From NCBI GenBank assembly GCA_016840165.1, contig JAEOSU010000080.1, positions 96,001 through 160,000 of the forward strand: a stretch of 64,000 nt of DNA, in the 5' to 3' direction. The notes beneath the pieces were generated by a model. That model was given only the letters and a program-made list of their open reading frames with translations, was not told the DNA's origin and did no database searches. The DNA comes from Promethearchaeota archaeon (GTDB lineage: Archaea > Asgardarchaeota > Lokiarchaeia > Sigyniarchaeales > SOKP01). A program made the translations under genes and the position numbers. Shown one piece after another: positions 1-10,525 of this stretch (positions are counted from its first letter, which is position 1; each line of letters starts with the position of its first letter).

Positions 1-180
1 AAGGTTGAACTATTGCAAATCATTCAAGAAAGTGATGCTTTTTTAACAACGGGTTGTCCCGGATGTAATCGGCCATATTATACATCGAAACCGTCGGGTC
101 CAATTTATAATTTTCCCAGAAAGTTGACTCAAGAAGAAATGAAGATTATTTATAATTCTCTGTTAAAATATGTGAATTAA
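1..180 (+). CDS. lipS2: 3' end of radical SAM lipoyl synthase component LipS2-like (truncated by window edge)
   Basis: Frame 1 reads ...AFLTTGCPGCNRPYYTSKPSGPIYNFP...YVN*, stop TAA at 178-180. TxGCPxCNRP is the C-terminal motif of the archaeal LipS2 type. Lies next to lipoate ligase and LipS1-like genes. Confidence 0.75.
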   Translation, partial: KVELLQIIQESDAFLTTGCPGCNRPYYTSKPSGPIYNFPRKLTQEEMKIIYNSLLKYVN

Positions 181-196
181 ATAAACTGTATATCAA

Positions 197-976
197 ATGA
201 ATGATTGGAGATTCATCCCACTGGAAACCAAAAATGGTTTTTGGAATATGGCATTAGATGAGGCTATTTTAACATATGCTATAAAAGGGAAGAGTCCTAA
301 CACGATTCGCTTTTACAAATGGAATCCCTCTACAGCATCGATTGGAAGGCATCAGAGTCTGTCAGCTGAAGTCGATATGGATGTCGTGGAGAAATTGAAT
401 TTTAATGTTGTAAGAAGAATTACAGGTGGAGGCGCAGTATTTCATGATAAAATTCGTGAAATAACCTACTCCATTGTCTGTCCAGTCAATCATTTAAAAC
501 TGCTAAAAGCAAATTCTATTCTTGAACAGTTCGAACTAATTGAAAATGGTATAGTAAATGGTTTAATTAATTATGGATTAGAACCAGAAAAAGGAGTTAT
601 CCATTGCCCCGCGATCTTTTTGGATGGAAAAAAATTTTCTGGCAATGCGCAAGTGAGAAAAAAGAATTTTATTCTCCAACATGGCACGATTTTGTTGGAG
701 ATTGATCCTGAGTTAATGTATTCCGTGCTTAAAGCGCCTTATAATGTTTCTAAATCGAGAATGGTAAAGTCGGTATATGCCAAGTGCGTGGGAATAAAGG
801 AAAAATTGAAAAATTATGAGGAAACGAGTTTTATTAGAAGCTTACGCAATGGATTTGAAAAAACTCTAAAGATTAATTTACAAGAAGATTATTATACTAA
901 AGAAGAGTTGAATTTAGCGGAGAAATTAGTGAAAGAGAAGTATTCTAATCAGAAATGGCTAAAGAAGTATGAATGA
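197..976 (+). CDS. lplA: Lipoate-protein ligase A / octanoyltransferase catalytic domain
   Basis: NMALDEAIL, VVRRITGGGAVFHD, GKKFSGNAQ and LQHGTILL motifs of the BPL/LplA family. Confidence 0.9.
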   Translation: MNDWRFIPLETKNGFWNMALDEAILTYAIKGKSPNTIRFYKWNPSTASIGRHQSLSAEVDMDVVEKLNFNVVRRITGGGAVFHDKIREITYSIVCPVNHLKLLKANSILEQFELIENGIVNGLINYGLEPEKGVIHCPAIFLDGKKFSGNAQVRKKNFILQHGTILLEIDPELMYSVLKAPYNVSKSRMVKSVYAKCVGIKEKLKNYEETSFIRSLRNGFEKTLKINLQEDYYTKEELNLAEKLVKEKYSNQKWLKKYE

Positions 977-2031
977 AAATGAGTGATCATATCAAGTTAT
1001 TAAAACGATTTGAATCAAAAACCCAAACATGGTCAGATTACCATGAATTCTTAGATTTACCCGAAAATGAAATTGAGAAGTATTTCAAGCTTACTAAAAA
1101 CATAACTATTGAGAATTTTGATAATATCCTTAAGATTTACATTCCAAATAAAAGGTTTCCAGCAATTAGCATAACTGGGAACGAGTGTTCTTTAAATTGC
1201 GAGCATTGTAATAAAAAGTATCTTGATGGGATGAAAGATATACGAAATGGTGAAGACCTAAAGGATTTTTTATATAAACATTTCCAAAATAGAGGTGTGG
1301 GGGCTTTAATTTCAGGTGGATGTGATCTTAATGGCTCAGTTCCTTTATTAAATTTCACAAATGTTCTTAGAGATGTTAAAGAAAATACTACACTAATAAT
1401 AAATGCTCACACTGGTCTCTTGAACGAAAAAACGGCAAGAGCATTAGCAGAAGCAAAAGTTGATATCATTTCATTTGATGTCACTATAGATAATAAGGCT
1501 ATTAGAGAGATTTATCATTTAAATAAGGATGTAGATGATTATAAAAACGCTTTAAAAATATTAAATAAATATCATCTGAACGTTGTTCCCCATATCTGTG
1601 TTGGCTTATATTATGGAAGATTACATGGGGAATTAGATACACTTAAATTTATCAAAGAATCAGGATTGAGCCCATCTCTAATCGTTATCATTGCGTTGAT
1701 TCCTCCAAAAGGAAAGGAAAGTAAATTTAAAGAGCCTAAACCCATTGAAATTGCAAAGGTTATAGCGATAACAAGATTTTTATTCCCTAATACTGAAATT
1801 TCATTAGGTTGTATGAGGCCAAAGGCAGGAGTTAAGATTGAAACTGAAAAATATGCGTTAAAAGCCGGAATTACCAGAATCGAATTACCCTCGAAAAAAA
1901 CAATAAAATGGCTAAAAGAAGTCAATCCACAAATCAAATTTAAGTTTTTTTCTTCATGCTGCGCAATACCAGAAGAGTATGAATCTCAAGCGTTGAGTTC
2001 AGAGGGAGATTTAAAAATCTATAAATTTTAA
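973..2031 (+). CDS. lipS1: Radical SAM lipoyl synthase component LipS1-like
   Basis: CSLNCEHC radical SAM motif, LISGG, C-terminal GCMR and CC motifs; ATGA overlap with the ligase gene. Confidence 0.8.
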   Translation: MKMSDHIKLLKRFESKTQTWSDYHEFLDLPENEIEKYFKLTKNITIENFDNILKIYIPNKRFPAISITGNECSLNCEHCNKKYLDGMKDIRNGEDLKDFLYKHFQNRGVGALISGGCDLNGSVPLLNFTNVLRDVKENTTLIINAHTGLLNEKTARALAEAKVDIISFDVTIDNKAIREIYHLNKDVDDYKNALKILNKYHLNVVPHICVGLYYGRLHGELDTLKFIKESGLSPSLIVIIALIPPKGKESKFKEPKPIEIAKVIAITRFLFPNTEISLGCMRPKAGVKIETEKYALKAGITRIELPSKKTIKWLKEVNPQIKFKFFSSCCAIPEEYESQALSSEGDLKIYKF

Positions 2032-2061
2032 TTATATGAAGATTTAAAAGGTTAAGAGATT

Positions 2062-3465
2062 ATGAGTGAGAAGATAGAATTAATTGGGATAAAAAACATA
2101 CCACTTATTAAAAAAGGAGATAACATTGCTGAAACTATCATGCAATCACTAAAAACTGGAAATTTAACTTTAAAAGAGGGAGACATCATCGTCATTGCTC
2201 AATCAATAGTATCAAAAAGCCGCGGGTATATCAAAAATTTAAAGGAAATTTCACCTAGTAGAGAAGCCTATCAAATCTATGAGAATATGGTTTCGAAGGC
2301 ACATAAGTTAAACATTCCAGAGAAGAGCCCAGAATTAATTCAAGCGATAATAGAGGAGTCAAAAGAGATTATTAAAAGTGAGCATGTAATAATCGTTGAG
2401 ACTAATCATGGCTTTATCTGTGCGAATGCAGGAATTGATAAATCAAATGTCAATGGGAACGATAACGTTACGTTATTACCAAAAGATTCAGATAAAGAAG
2501 CAGAAAAAATTAGGGTTTTACTTAAAAAGATGACCGAGAAAAACATTGCGATAATTATCTCAGATTCATTCGGCAGACCATTTAGAAGAGGTGCAGTTGG
2601 CGTAGCTATAGGAATTTCGGGAATAGAAGCTCTTTTGGATAAAAGAGGGAGTAAAGATTTATATGGAAAAACCTTACAGAGTACTATAATAGGACAAATA
2701 GATAATTTAACTTCAGCCGCTCAACTTATAATGGGGGAAGCAGATGAAGGCTTACCAGTTGTTATTATCCGAGGATATAAATATATATTTTCAGAAGCGG
2801 CTTCAATTAAAGAGATAATAAGAGAGAAAAGTGATGATCTTTTTCGAGTACCTAATGAAGAAAAAATAATGACAAAACACTTAAAATCTCGGAGGAGTTA
2901 TAAATTCGAATTTGAGATTGAGAAAATTACTAATAAAGAGATTGAGGAATGTATTGATATTGCTCGATATGCCCCCAGTGCGCATAATGGTCAATATTGG
3001 CGTTATATAATTCTGGAACAAGACTCTATACGAGACGATTTAATAGAAAAAATGAATAAAAAACTTAAAGCCGATTTAAAAAAAGATGGCAAATCAGATT
3101 TATTTATTTCGCAAAAAACTAGTAGTAGACGTGAGAAGTTTTTAAAGGCTCCAATACTAGTTTTACTATGCTTAGACACAGAAGAACTTGAAGAGTACAA
3201 TGATCCAGAAAGAGATGAACTTGAATATCTAATGGGGGTTCAAAGTATTAGTTCATCTGCTACTTATTTTTTATTAGCATTAGAAGCAAAAGGTTATGCT
3301 TCATGTTGGTATTGTGCTCCATTATTTGCTAAGGAAATCGTGAAAGAAGTATTGAATCTACCACAATCATACATTCCAATGGCATTTTTTACGGCTGGTA
3401 GAGCTAAAAAAGCTCCAACTGTGCCAAAAAGAAAAAATCTAAGAGAAATCATTTTCAAGATATAA
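2062..3465 (+). CDS. cofE: Coenzyme F420-0:L-glutamate ligase fused to a C-terminal nitroreductase domain (FbiB-like)
   Basis: N-terminal ANAGIDKSN, SDSFGRPFRRG and MGEADEGLPVVIIRG. C-terminal SRRS...APSAHNGQYWRY...GYASCW nitroreductase motifs. Confidence 0.9.
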   Translation: MSEKIELIGIKNIPLIKKGDNIAETIMQSLKTGNLTLKEGDIIVIAQSIVSKSRGYIKNLKEISPSREAYQIYENMVSKAHKLNIPEKSPELIQAIIEESKEIIKSEHVIIVETNHGFICANAGIDKSNVNGNDNVTLLPKDSDKEAEKIRVLLKKMTEKNIAIIISDSFGRPFRRGAVGVAIGISGIEALLDKRGSKDLYGKTLQSTIIGQIDNLTSAAQLIMGEADEGLPVVIIRGYKYIFSEAASIKEIIREKSDDLFRVPNEEKIMTKHLKSRRSYKFEFEIEKITNKEIEECIDIARYAPSAHNGQYWRYIILEQDSIRDDLIEKMNKKLKADLKKDGKSDLFISQKTSSRREKFLKAPILVLLCLDTEELEEYNDPERDELEYLMGVQSISSSATYFLLALEAKGYASCWYCAPLFAKEIVKEVLNLPQSYIPMAFFTAGRAKKAPTVPKRKNLREIIFKI

Positions 3466-3488
3466 TATAGATAAGGTGATTTGAGAAA

Positions 3489-4412
3489 ATGAAATGCATT
3501 GTGCTTCTTGCAGGTGGTGTAGGTGCAGCAAAATTTATTGAAGGGTTAGTTAATATTGTTGATCCCACTCAATTAAAAATTATCATTAATACCGGTGACG
3601 ATTTGGAATTATTTGGTTTAAAAATATGCCCAGATATCGATATTATTACTTATACATTGGCAGAATTGGTTGATAAGAATAAAGGATGGGGTTATCAAGA
3701 GGAAACTTTCAATTGCTTAGAAATACTTAAACAGTATTATGATCAAGGTTGGTTTAACGCTGGTGATAAAGATTTAGCAACCCATATTTATAGAACTGAT
3801 TTATTTAGACAAGGATATAATAAAACAGAAATTACCTCAAAAATAGCTGAAAAACTAAAATTAAAAGCCCATCTTATTCCAATGTGCAACGAAGAAGTAC
3901 AAACATTTATCGAAACGGAAATGGGAGTTATGCATTTTGAAGAATACTACATTAAGTATCAATGTAAACCTAAAGTGAAGAGTATTGAATATCGGGGGAT
4001 TAAAAATGCAACAATTTCTGAAAAGATACCTCTATATCTTGAAAAGGCAGAAAAAATAATAATCTGTCCTTCAAATCCAATTGTGTCCATTGGGACGATT
4101 TTACATATTCCAGGAATGAAAAATATACTAAAAAGTGCTAAAAAGAAAATCTTTGCGATTAGCCCTATTATTCAAGGTGCGACTATAAAGGGTCCTGCGG
4201 ATAAACTTATGGCTAGTTTAGATTTAGAAGTCTCTTGCGTTGGTGTTGCCAAATATTACCAAGAATTTTTAGGAAATTTTATTATTGATTTAAAAGATTG
4301 TGAACAAAAAGAGCAAATTGAAGAATTAGGGATTAAAGCATATTGTTTTGATACAATTATGGATTCTTTAGCTAAAAAGAAAAAATTAGCACAATTTTTA
4401 ATTGACTTATAA
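3489..4412 (+). CDS. cofD: 2-phospho-L-lactate/PEP transferase CofD/FbiA
   Basis: LAGGVGAAK, NTGDD, ICPDID, GDKDLATH, PSNPIVSI, GPADKLM. Confidence 0.92.
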   Translation: MKCIVLLAGGVGAAKFIEGLVNIVDPTQLKIIINTGDDLELFGLKICPDIDIITYTLAELVDKNKGWGYQEETFNCLEILKQYYDQGWFNAGDKDLATHIYRTDLFRQGYNKTEITSKIAEKLKLKAHLIPMCNEEVQTFIETEMGVMHFEEYYIKYQCKPKVKSIEYRGIKNATISEKIPLYLEKAEKIIICPSNPIVSIGTILHIPGMKNILKSAKKKIFAISPIIQGATIKGPADKLMASLDLEVSCVGVAKYYQEFLGNFIIDLKDCEQKEQIEELGIKAYCFDTIMDSLAKKKKLAQFLIDL

Positions 4413-4429
4413 GTAATTTTTAAAATTTA

Positions 4430-5860
4430 TTATGCTTCTGTAACTTCTTCGATGGTTGGTGGCTCACTTACTTCTTTCTTTACATAATCTCCTACCGAAG
4501 CTAAAATTTCTTTGATCCTACCTTCTTGTTGTAATTTAATAATGAGATTTCTGTGCTTTATATAAGAAATAATTTTTGCAATAACGGGAAAGATTAGTAT
4601 TATAGGAAGTAATAGAATAATTATTACTTCTGGAGAGAACATAACAACACTTTCTACGATGGCCGGTGGCATAGCAAAAACTGACTCTAAAAACCACTTT
4701 GGATGGATAATAATAAAACTAATAATTACTAATAAAACAACCCGAAAGAGAAAATTCAATAACGTTGAAAGGGCTAAACTCTGTTGTTTTGGAGCGGAAG
4801 TTTTTGCCGTTAGAGTGTCTTGAGCCTCAGGATCTTCCCGAAATAATCTATCTATGTATCTTCCGAGTCTCCTCGTTTTAGAAGCTGCCGTCACTAATTT
4901 CTTTTCTTCCTCTTCAAGTTTTTTCCTTTCAATCATCTCTTTCACATAAGAAAAAGATTCTCCAGTTTTGGAAAAAAACTTACTAATTGTAGGTTTCTCT
5001 TCAATTTTTAGTTCTTCTCTCCTCTTCTTTGCTTCTTCCTTTATTTTCTCCACATTTGCATTTACATAGTGCGATTCACTTCTTAATATATCTAATTGAG
5101 CTTCTAATCGAACACTTCTTTGAAGTGATGGTTTAGTGACTGTATCAGTATAATTAATTTGAAATGCTATTTCTAAATAAATATAGGCGACGATAGCAAG
5201 GGAAATCGTGGGGCTAGATAAAAATATGAAGATATTATCGATGGGGATTTGACTTAATGATGGATCTAATGGATTTGGAAGATCTTCTAAATATTCTACT
5301 TGGATATATAATAAGTCTAACATATCTTTTAATCCATTAAGAATGAGAGGCAAAATTAGCATTGTCACTAAGGCACCAACAGCAATTAAATCATGTTTGG
5401 GATTAGTTTTTATAAATGAGCGTATGAGAAAGAAAATTGAAACAATGAATAATAAAACAAATGCTATTAAGTATAAATCTCCTAAAAATATAAAAAACTC
5501 GTCAATTATAAGCGTTGGTATCTCATTTAATTCGGGAGGATTCCCGGATGGAAAATTAAACCATAAACCTACGAAATTTTTAAAAAAAACCATAATAAAA
5601 TTCTGCATAAACTCATATCGGACATTAAAAAACATAAATGAGGAGATTAAGGCACTTCCGAATGCAACAATCAGAGCTAATCCAAAAATTAAATAGCTAA
5701 TTATGTTACTAACGCTAGTAATAAAAGCAGATAATGCTAACTCTCCACTTTCAGTAAATAATACTTCATCAAAGTGAAAGATGTTAAGGAAAATAGATAT
5801 AATCAATATAAAAATGAAGATATTGATGATTTTTAAGATTAATAAATAATATCTTGTCAT
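4430..5860 (-). CDS. Multi-pass membrane protein with a charged coiled-coil cytoplasmic loop (MoxR cluster member)
   Basis: About 8 hydrophobic segments and a K/E-rich central region; starts 2 nt after the DUF58 gene stop. Confidence 0.7.
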   Translation of the reverse strand: MTRYYLLILKIINIFIFILIISIFLNIFHFDEVLFTESGELALSAFITSVSNIISYLIFGLALIVAFGSALISSFMFFNVRYEFMQNFIMVFFKNFVGLWFNFPSGNPPELNEIPTLIIDEFFIFLGDLYLIAFVLLFIVSIFFLIRSFIKTNPKHDLIAVGALVTMLILPLILNGLKDMLDLLYIQVEYLEDLPNPLDPSLSQIPIDNIFIFLSSPTISLAIVAYIYLEIAFQINYTDTVTKPSLQRSVRLEAQLDILRSESHYVNANVEKIKEEAKKRREELKIEEKPTISKFFSKTGESFSYVKEMIERKKLEEEEKKLVTAASKTRRLGRYIDRLFREDPEAQDTLTAKTSAPKQQSLALSTLLNFLFRVVLLVIISFIIIHPKWFLESVFAMPPAIVESVVMFSPEVIIILLLPIILIFPVIAKIISYIKHRNLIIKLQQEGRIKEILASVGDYVKKEVSEPPTIEEVTEA

Positions 5861-5862
5861 TT

Positions 5863-7191
5863 TTAATACGCCTTCCCCTTTTTCTTTGCTTCCATATATG
5901 TACTTAAGATCTGATTCATAATATCATCCGGACCAACAGTGATTATATTGACACCTAAATTACGTACTTCTTGCTTAATTTTTAAGATTTGTTCCATCAT
6001 TTCTTCTGAGATTGCTTCTGCTAAAGCTTTATCTGTTGCTGACAAATCCACCTCATGAATTTCAAACCAAGGACTAAACGGATTGATTAATATAATGGTA
6101 TGATTCATAGGAACTAACTTTCTTATTGCTTTTCCGATTTCTTTTACTGATCCTTCCAAATCAGATATGATAAAGACTAAGCTTCGTTTTTGATATCGTC
6201 GATTTAAAAAATCCATTGCTTCTACCATTCTATTTTTTCCCTGAGGTTTAATTTTTGCCACAAAATCTAATACTTGATAAAAGTGATCTTCACCACTACC
6301 AGGTTTTAAAAATTGAAAATTTTTCTTATCGGAAAAAGTAAAAACACCAACTTTGTCTCTTCTCGTTAATGCTACTTTTGTTAAAAGCATGCACGCTCTT
6401 ATTGCATATTCAAACTTGGTGTTTTCTATTGATCCTCCTGCCATTGAGTTTGAGGAATCAATTACAATCATTACTGAAACGTCTCTTTCCGTTTCGTACT
6501 CTTTGACAATCAAACTACGAGTCCTTGCACTTGCTTTCCAATCAATTAGTCTGAACTGATCACCAAATACATATTTTCTCATTCCATAAAATTCTGAGCC
6601 TAAACCTTTTTGTTTCGAACGTTGTAGGCCATAGTTTAATGAGAGGGATCGTTTTGAGCCCAAAATTTCGATTCTTTTTATATCTTCATAAGGCGGATAT
6701 ACCAAGATATCAGATACGCTATTGGGTACAATTCGCTCAACTGAATTGAATCCTAACCGGTCTTTTATGGTGATAGAGAGAGGTCCTAGTGGATATTCAC
6801 CCCTTACTTTTGGTTCGAGAACATAAGAAAACTTGATTAAACCTTTAGGCTTTAAACGAGTCGAAATATAGTTTTCACCTAACACTAATCGAAATAGTTC
6901 GGGATTATAATAATCTCGAATTTCTAAAAAATCAAAACTATTTTTGCCCGTATTCTCGATAATGACTTTAACATGTACAAAATCATCTTTAAATACTTTT
7001 TCCTTTTCTAGTTCTCTATGTACTTTCAACTCCTCAACATTCATTTGCCAATAAAATAATGGCAAGCTAATAATTGTGCTGAATAGTAAAAGAATAGCAA
7101 AATAGATCAGAAAGTAATTTACAAATGCAAATCCTGCAGTTAGAAAAAAAACTGCAAATATAATTAAAATTCTTCCTTTTCCTCCTAACAT
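5863..7191 (-). CDS. DUF58 / vWA-domain protein with N-terminal TM segments
   Basis: GSEFYGMRKYVFGDQFRLIDWKASAR...VKEYE DUF58 signature; DSSNS MIDAS-like motif. Confidence 0.9.
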   Translation of the reverse strand: MLGGKGRILIIFAVFFLTAGFAFVNYFLIYFAILLLFSTIISLPLFYWQMNVEELKVHRELEKEKVFKDDFVHVKVIIENTGKNSFDFLEIRDYYNPELFRLVLGENYISTRLKPKGLIKFSYVLEPKVRGEYPLGPLSITIKDRLGFNSVERIVPNSVSDILVYPPYEDIKRIEILGSKRSLSLNYGLQRSKQKGLGSEFYGMRKYVFGDQFRLIDWKASARTRSLIVKEYETERDVSVMIVIDSSNSMAGGSIENTKFEYAIRACMLLTKVALTRRDKVGVFTFSDKKNFQFLKPGSGEDHFYQVLDFVAKIKPQGKNRMVEAMDFLNRRYQKRSLVFIISDLEGSVKEIGKAIRKLVPMNHTIILINPFSPWFEIHEVDLSATDKALAEAISEEMMEQILKIKQEVRNLGVNIITVGPDDIMNQILSTYMEAKKKGKAY

Positions 7192-7273
7192 ATTATTCTA
7201 CCATTCTTTATTTTTTAGACCTTTTTATTAACATTATGTTTTTTATTACTTCAGAAAAGCTATTTGATATTCC

Positions 7274-8254
7274 TTAAATTGGGACAGGTATTTCCTCAAT
7301 GATTCCTTTTATAACGGCTTTAACATCGAGACCTTCTAACTCTGCTTCTGGTTTTAATAAGATTCTGTGATTTAACGCGGGAATTGTCAATGCTCGCACA
7401 TCATCAGGTGTTACATAAACTCGACCTAAAATTGCTGCTCTTGCTTTGGAACATTTCATCAAAACTAATGAGGCTCTTGGTCCACAACCTAATGCGATTT
7501 GGGGGTGATTTCTCGTTTTTAAAATTATATCTCTAATGTATTTTAAAATTCTGTCATCTATATAGACCATATTCATTAGTTTTTGAGCTGCGAGTATTTC
7601 TTCTCCATTAGTTATTGCTTCTACACTTGGAGAATCTCCAGATATTTGTCTTCTCATAATATCCACTTCTTCATCTTGCTCAGGATAATCTAGCCAAAGC
7701 TTAAACAGAAATCGGTCCACTTGGGCCTCAGGCAAGGGATAAGTACCTTCCATCTCCACGGGATTTTCAGTTGCAATGACAATAAAAGGTTTCTCCAGCT
7801 CTAATGTCTGACCCTCAATAGTCACTTGCCTTTCTGCCATTGCCTCTAATAAAGCTGCCTGAGTTTTTGGAGCACTTCGATTAATTTCATCAGCAAGAAC
7901 AACATTTGCAAAAATTGGTCCCTTTTGAAGTACAAATGCTCCCTCGTTTTGATCAAAGATTTTTGTACCCGTAATGTCGGCAGGTAGTAGATCGGGTGTG
8001 AATTGAACTCTTCGAAACGAAATTCCTAATGTTTTTGCAAAGGTTTTTGCCATTACAGTTTTCCCCAATCCCGGTACTCCTTCCAATAAGACATGCCCAT
8101 TGACGAGGAGGGATATAAATAGTTGCTGTAATATCTCCCCATATCCTACAATAACTCTGGATACCTCACTGAGAACTTCTTGAGCTATCTCACGGATCGG
8201 GCTAACATCTAATGCTTCTCTTTCATAATATTTTGCTTTTTCTGGGCTTTCCAT
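7274..8254 (-). CDS. moxR: MoxR family AAA+ ATPase (MoxR-proper type)
   Basis: GHVLLEGVPGLGKT, RVQFTPDLLPADITG, LADEINRSAPKTQAALLEAM, EGTYPLPEAQVDRF. Confidence 0.95.
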   Translation of the reverse strand: MESPEKAKYYEREALDVSPIREIAQEVLSEVSRVIVGYGEILQQLFISLLVNGHVLLEGVPGLGKTVMAKTFAKTLGISFRRVQFTPDLLPADITGTKIFDQNEGAFVLQKGPIFANVVLADEINRSAPKTQAALLEAMAERQVTIEGQTLELEKPFIVIATENPVEMEGTYPLPEAQVDRFLFKLWLDYPEQDEEVDIMRRQISGDSPSVEAITNGEEILAAQKLMNMVYIDDRILKYIRDIILKTRNHPQIALGCGPRASLVLMKCSKARAAILGRVYVTPDDVRALTIPALNHRILLKPEAELEGLDVKAVIKGIIEEIPVPI

Positions 8255-8287
8255 ATATATATCACTTCTTTTTTTATTATTATTTTT

Positions 8288-10024
8288 TTATAAATTATTT
8301 ACAACCCATTCCATTTCAAAGAATAGGTCTTCAAAATCTTGTTCATTTTTTACTTTACTTTTACCTTCCTTTATTGCAATTATTCTATCCATAAATTTGC
8401 TTATTCTTCTTGTCTTTAATTTTGTAATATTAGGTTCTTTTGCGATCTTCATATCAATTACATTTTTAGTAGTAATTTTTCTTTCTACTAATAGAGTGTT
8501 AAGTTTGCGTTCTAATCTCCGATATAATAAGACAAGTGCTTTACCATACTTACCTTTTTCTCGGTACCATTCAATTTTTTCAGCAAAAAAGGATGAGGTT
8601 CTGAACCTTTCTCTTTCCTCTTTTTTTTCTTGTTCTTTTGCTTTCTTTTTACGAGCTTTTTCATCTTTTTTAGGAAGGTATTTCCTTAAAGTATAGATTG
8701 CTATAATTGGATAAATCCAACTTGTAATTGGATTCGTGGAAAGATGCACTATGTACTGTAAAATAACCCCAAAAATACCCGCTGATGATAAATCACTGGA
8801 GTATTCAGGTCGTATATGAGCTTCATCAAAAGCGACCACCCAGTCATCCGTTTCGCCGAATGTAAGCCAATTGATAATATTAATAGCGAATTGGCGATTT
8901 TGGTATGAAGGATTATTGATCAACTCATTATTAAATAAGCTAGCATCGGCCGAAATAAAGACTCGTCCATTTCCTAGATCTTTTCCCATAAACATTGCAT
9001 GAGAATATCCCGCTAAAGGCCATCGATCTGGAATACCGGGTAAAAGAGCGGTCATTATACTCAGATCAAGATAATCATATTCTTCATCATACTTTTTATC
9101 ACCATTCTTATCTACAAATGAATAATCAGAAGAATAACCAACCACATCCCATCCAGGTGGTATTGAAGTAAAGGGTTCTCCTAGCGCACTCGATGCTTGA
9201 GAGAGAAGTATTTCTGAGATACCATTAGTTGTTGGATGGCTTGTGAATGATCGAATCACCGGAAAATCTGGTCTTGTATCGTAGGATTGGTTATCTCTCA
9301 AAATTCCATCAGGAAAGATCGCTACGGGAACTGATCCTTGAATATCGGGATCCATAGCACTTGCAATAAAAATTTCCCAAAGTAAGGTACTAGTGCTTCC
9401 ATGATCATGACAAATAAGTAATGAGTTTCGAGAGTCATTTTTAAAAAAATTAATGAAGTAGGGTATTTCAAATATTGGATTATAAAATTGATTGGGGCCT
9501 AGTAATACTAATAAAACAGATTTATTCAAACGCTCTGTGGCGCTTAAACTTGATTGAATTGACATTATATCGTATCCTTGTTGTTCTACAGTATTTCGAA
9601 AATCCGAAGCACCATTCCAATCTTCATTATATATTGAAAAATTCTGAGTATTTTTCCCTTGATCAAATATTGGACCAAAAAGTGGTATAAATACAAATAT
9701 GAATATAGTTATGAAAAGGGCTTGCTTATAAATGGATCCGGATTTAACTTTCTTCCGAGATTGTATTTCACGGGTTTTCTGTAAGTTCACATTACGAATA
9801 TAGATGAACATTCCAATTCCTAGGAATAATGCACCTATATAGCATACTAACGGAAGATAACTTATGTAAATTGGTAGACTTCCCGTTGGGTTACTCCTCT
9901 GATAATCTTCAATGAAATTAGTGAGAAAAATACCATATATGATTAAAAATATGGTTAAAAATCCTAATATTAATCCCATTGAAACATGAACATTTTTTCC
10001 TGTTGTTTTTCCACTAACTGCCAT
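8288..10024 (-). CDS. DUF4350-like membrane protein (gliding/ABC-auxiliary-like external domain)
   Basis: 3 N-terminal TMs, FSIYNEDWNGASDF, GRVFISADASLFNNE...NRQFAINIINWL, VAFDEAH, then a TM and a charged tail. Confidence 0.7.
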   Translation of the reverse strand: MAVSGKTTGKNVHVSMGLILGFLTIFLIIYGIFLTNFIEDYQRSNPTGSLPIYISYLPLVCYIGALFLGIGMFIYIRNVNLQKTREIQSRKKVKSGSIYKQALFITIFIFVFIPLFGPIFDQGKNTQNFSIYNEDWNGASDFRNTVEQQGYDIMSIQSSLSATERLNKSVLLVLLGPNQFYNPIFEIPYFINFFKNDSRNSLLICHDHGSTSTLLWEIFIASAMDPDIQGSVPVAIFPDGILRDNQSYDTRPDFPVIRSFTSHPTTNGISEILLSQASSALGEPFTSIPPGWDVVGYSSDYSFVDKNGDKKYDEEYDYLDLSIMTALLPGIPDRWPLAGYSHAMFMGKDLGNGRVFISADASLFNNELINNPSYQNRQFAINIINWLTFGETDDWVVAFDEAHIRPEYSSDLSSAGIFGVILQYIVHLSTNPITSWIYPIIAIYTLRKYLPKKDEKARKKKAKEQEKKEERERFRTSSFFAEKIEWYREKGKYGKALVLLYRRLERKLNTLLVERKITTKNVIDMKIAKEPNITKLKTRRISKFMDRIIAIKEGKSKVKNEQDFEDLFFEMEWVVNNL

Positions 10025-10077
10025 TGATTTTTCTTTCTCGTAATTTTATATTCGAAAGTGGTTATGGTTAATATTCC

Positions 10078-10458
10078 TTAAAAACTTACTGCTTGGAGCT
10101 TTTTACCCGTGATTTCAGAATATAAATTTCCGAACAGTTGAATAGTAAAATTTAATTCCTTATTAGTTGGTTCAACTCCTCCATATATGATATCCTCAAT
10201 TTTTTTAATAAAAGGATACACTGATTCAGGTTTTTGATTGAGTTCATTAACGCATGTTATAGCATATTCACGTATAGTTTGATGAGAGAGACGGGGTTTT
10301 TTATATTTTCTTCTTATTAAATCATTGTATACCAAGTATATGTAGGCAATAGCTTCTTTTGCTCGATTAGTTTTTACTAAAACTTTTATATTTTCGAAAC
10401 TCTGACTTACATCTAATTCTGGTTCTTCCACTTTCTTTTTTTTCTTTAGTTTTACCAT
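10078..10458 (-). CDS. Small DUF4129-like helical protein
   Basis: AIAYIYL...QTIREY...IEDIIYG; clear paralog of the C-terminal domain of 10526..12094. Confidence 0.65.
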   Translation of the reverse strand: MVKLKKKKKVEEPELDVSQSFENIKVLVKTNRAKEAIAYIYLVYNDLIRRKYKKPRLSHQTIREYAITCVNELNQKPESVYPFIKKIEDIIYGGVEPTNKELNFTIQLFGNLYSEITGKKLQAVSF

Positions 10459-10525
10459 TGTTTTCCCTTTTTTGCTATTTTTTCAATATTTTAATTTATT
10501 ATTTATTATGTATTTTTATTTTTAT

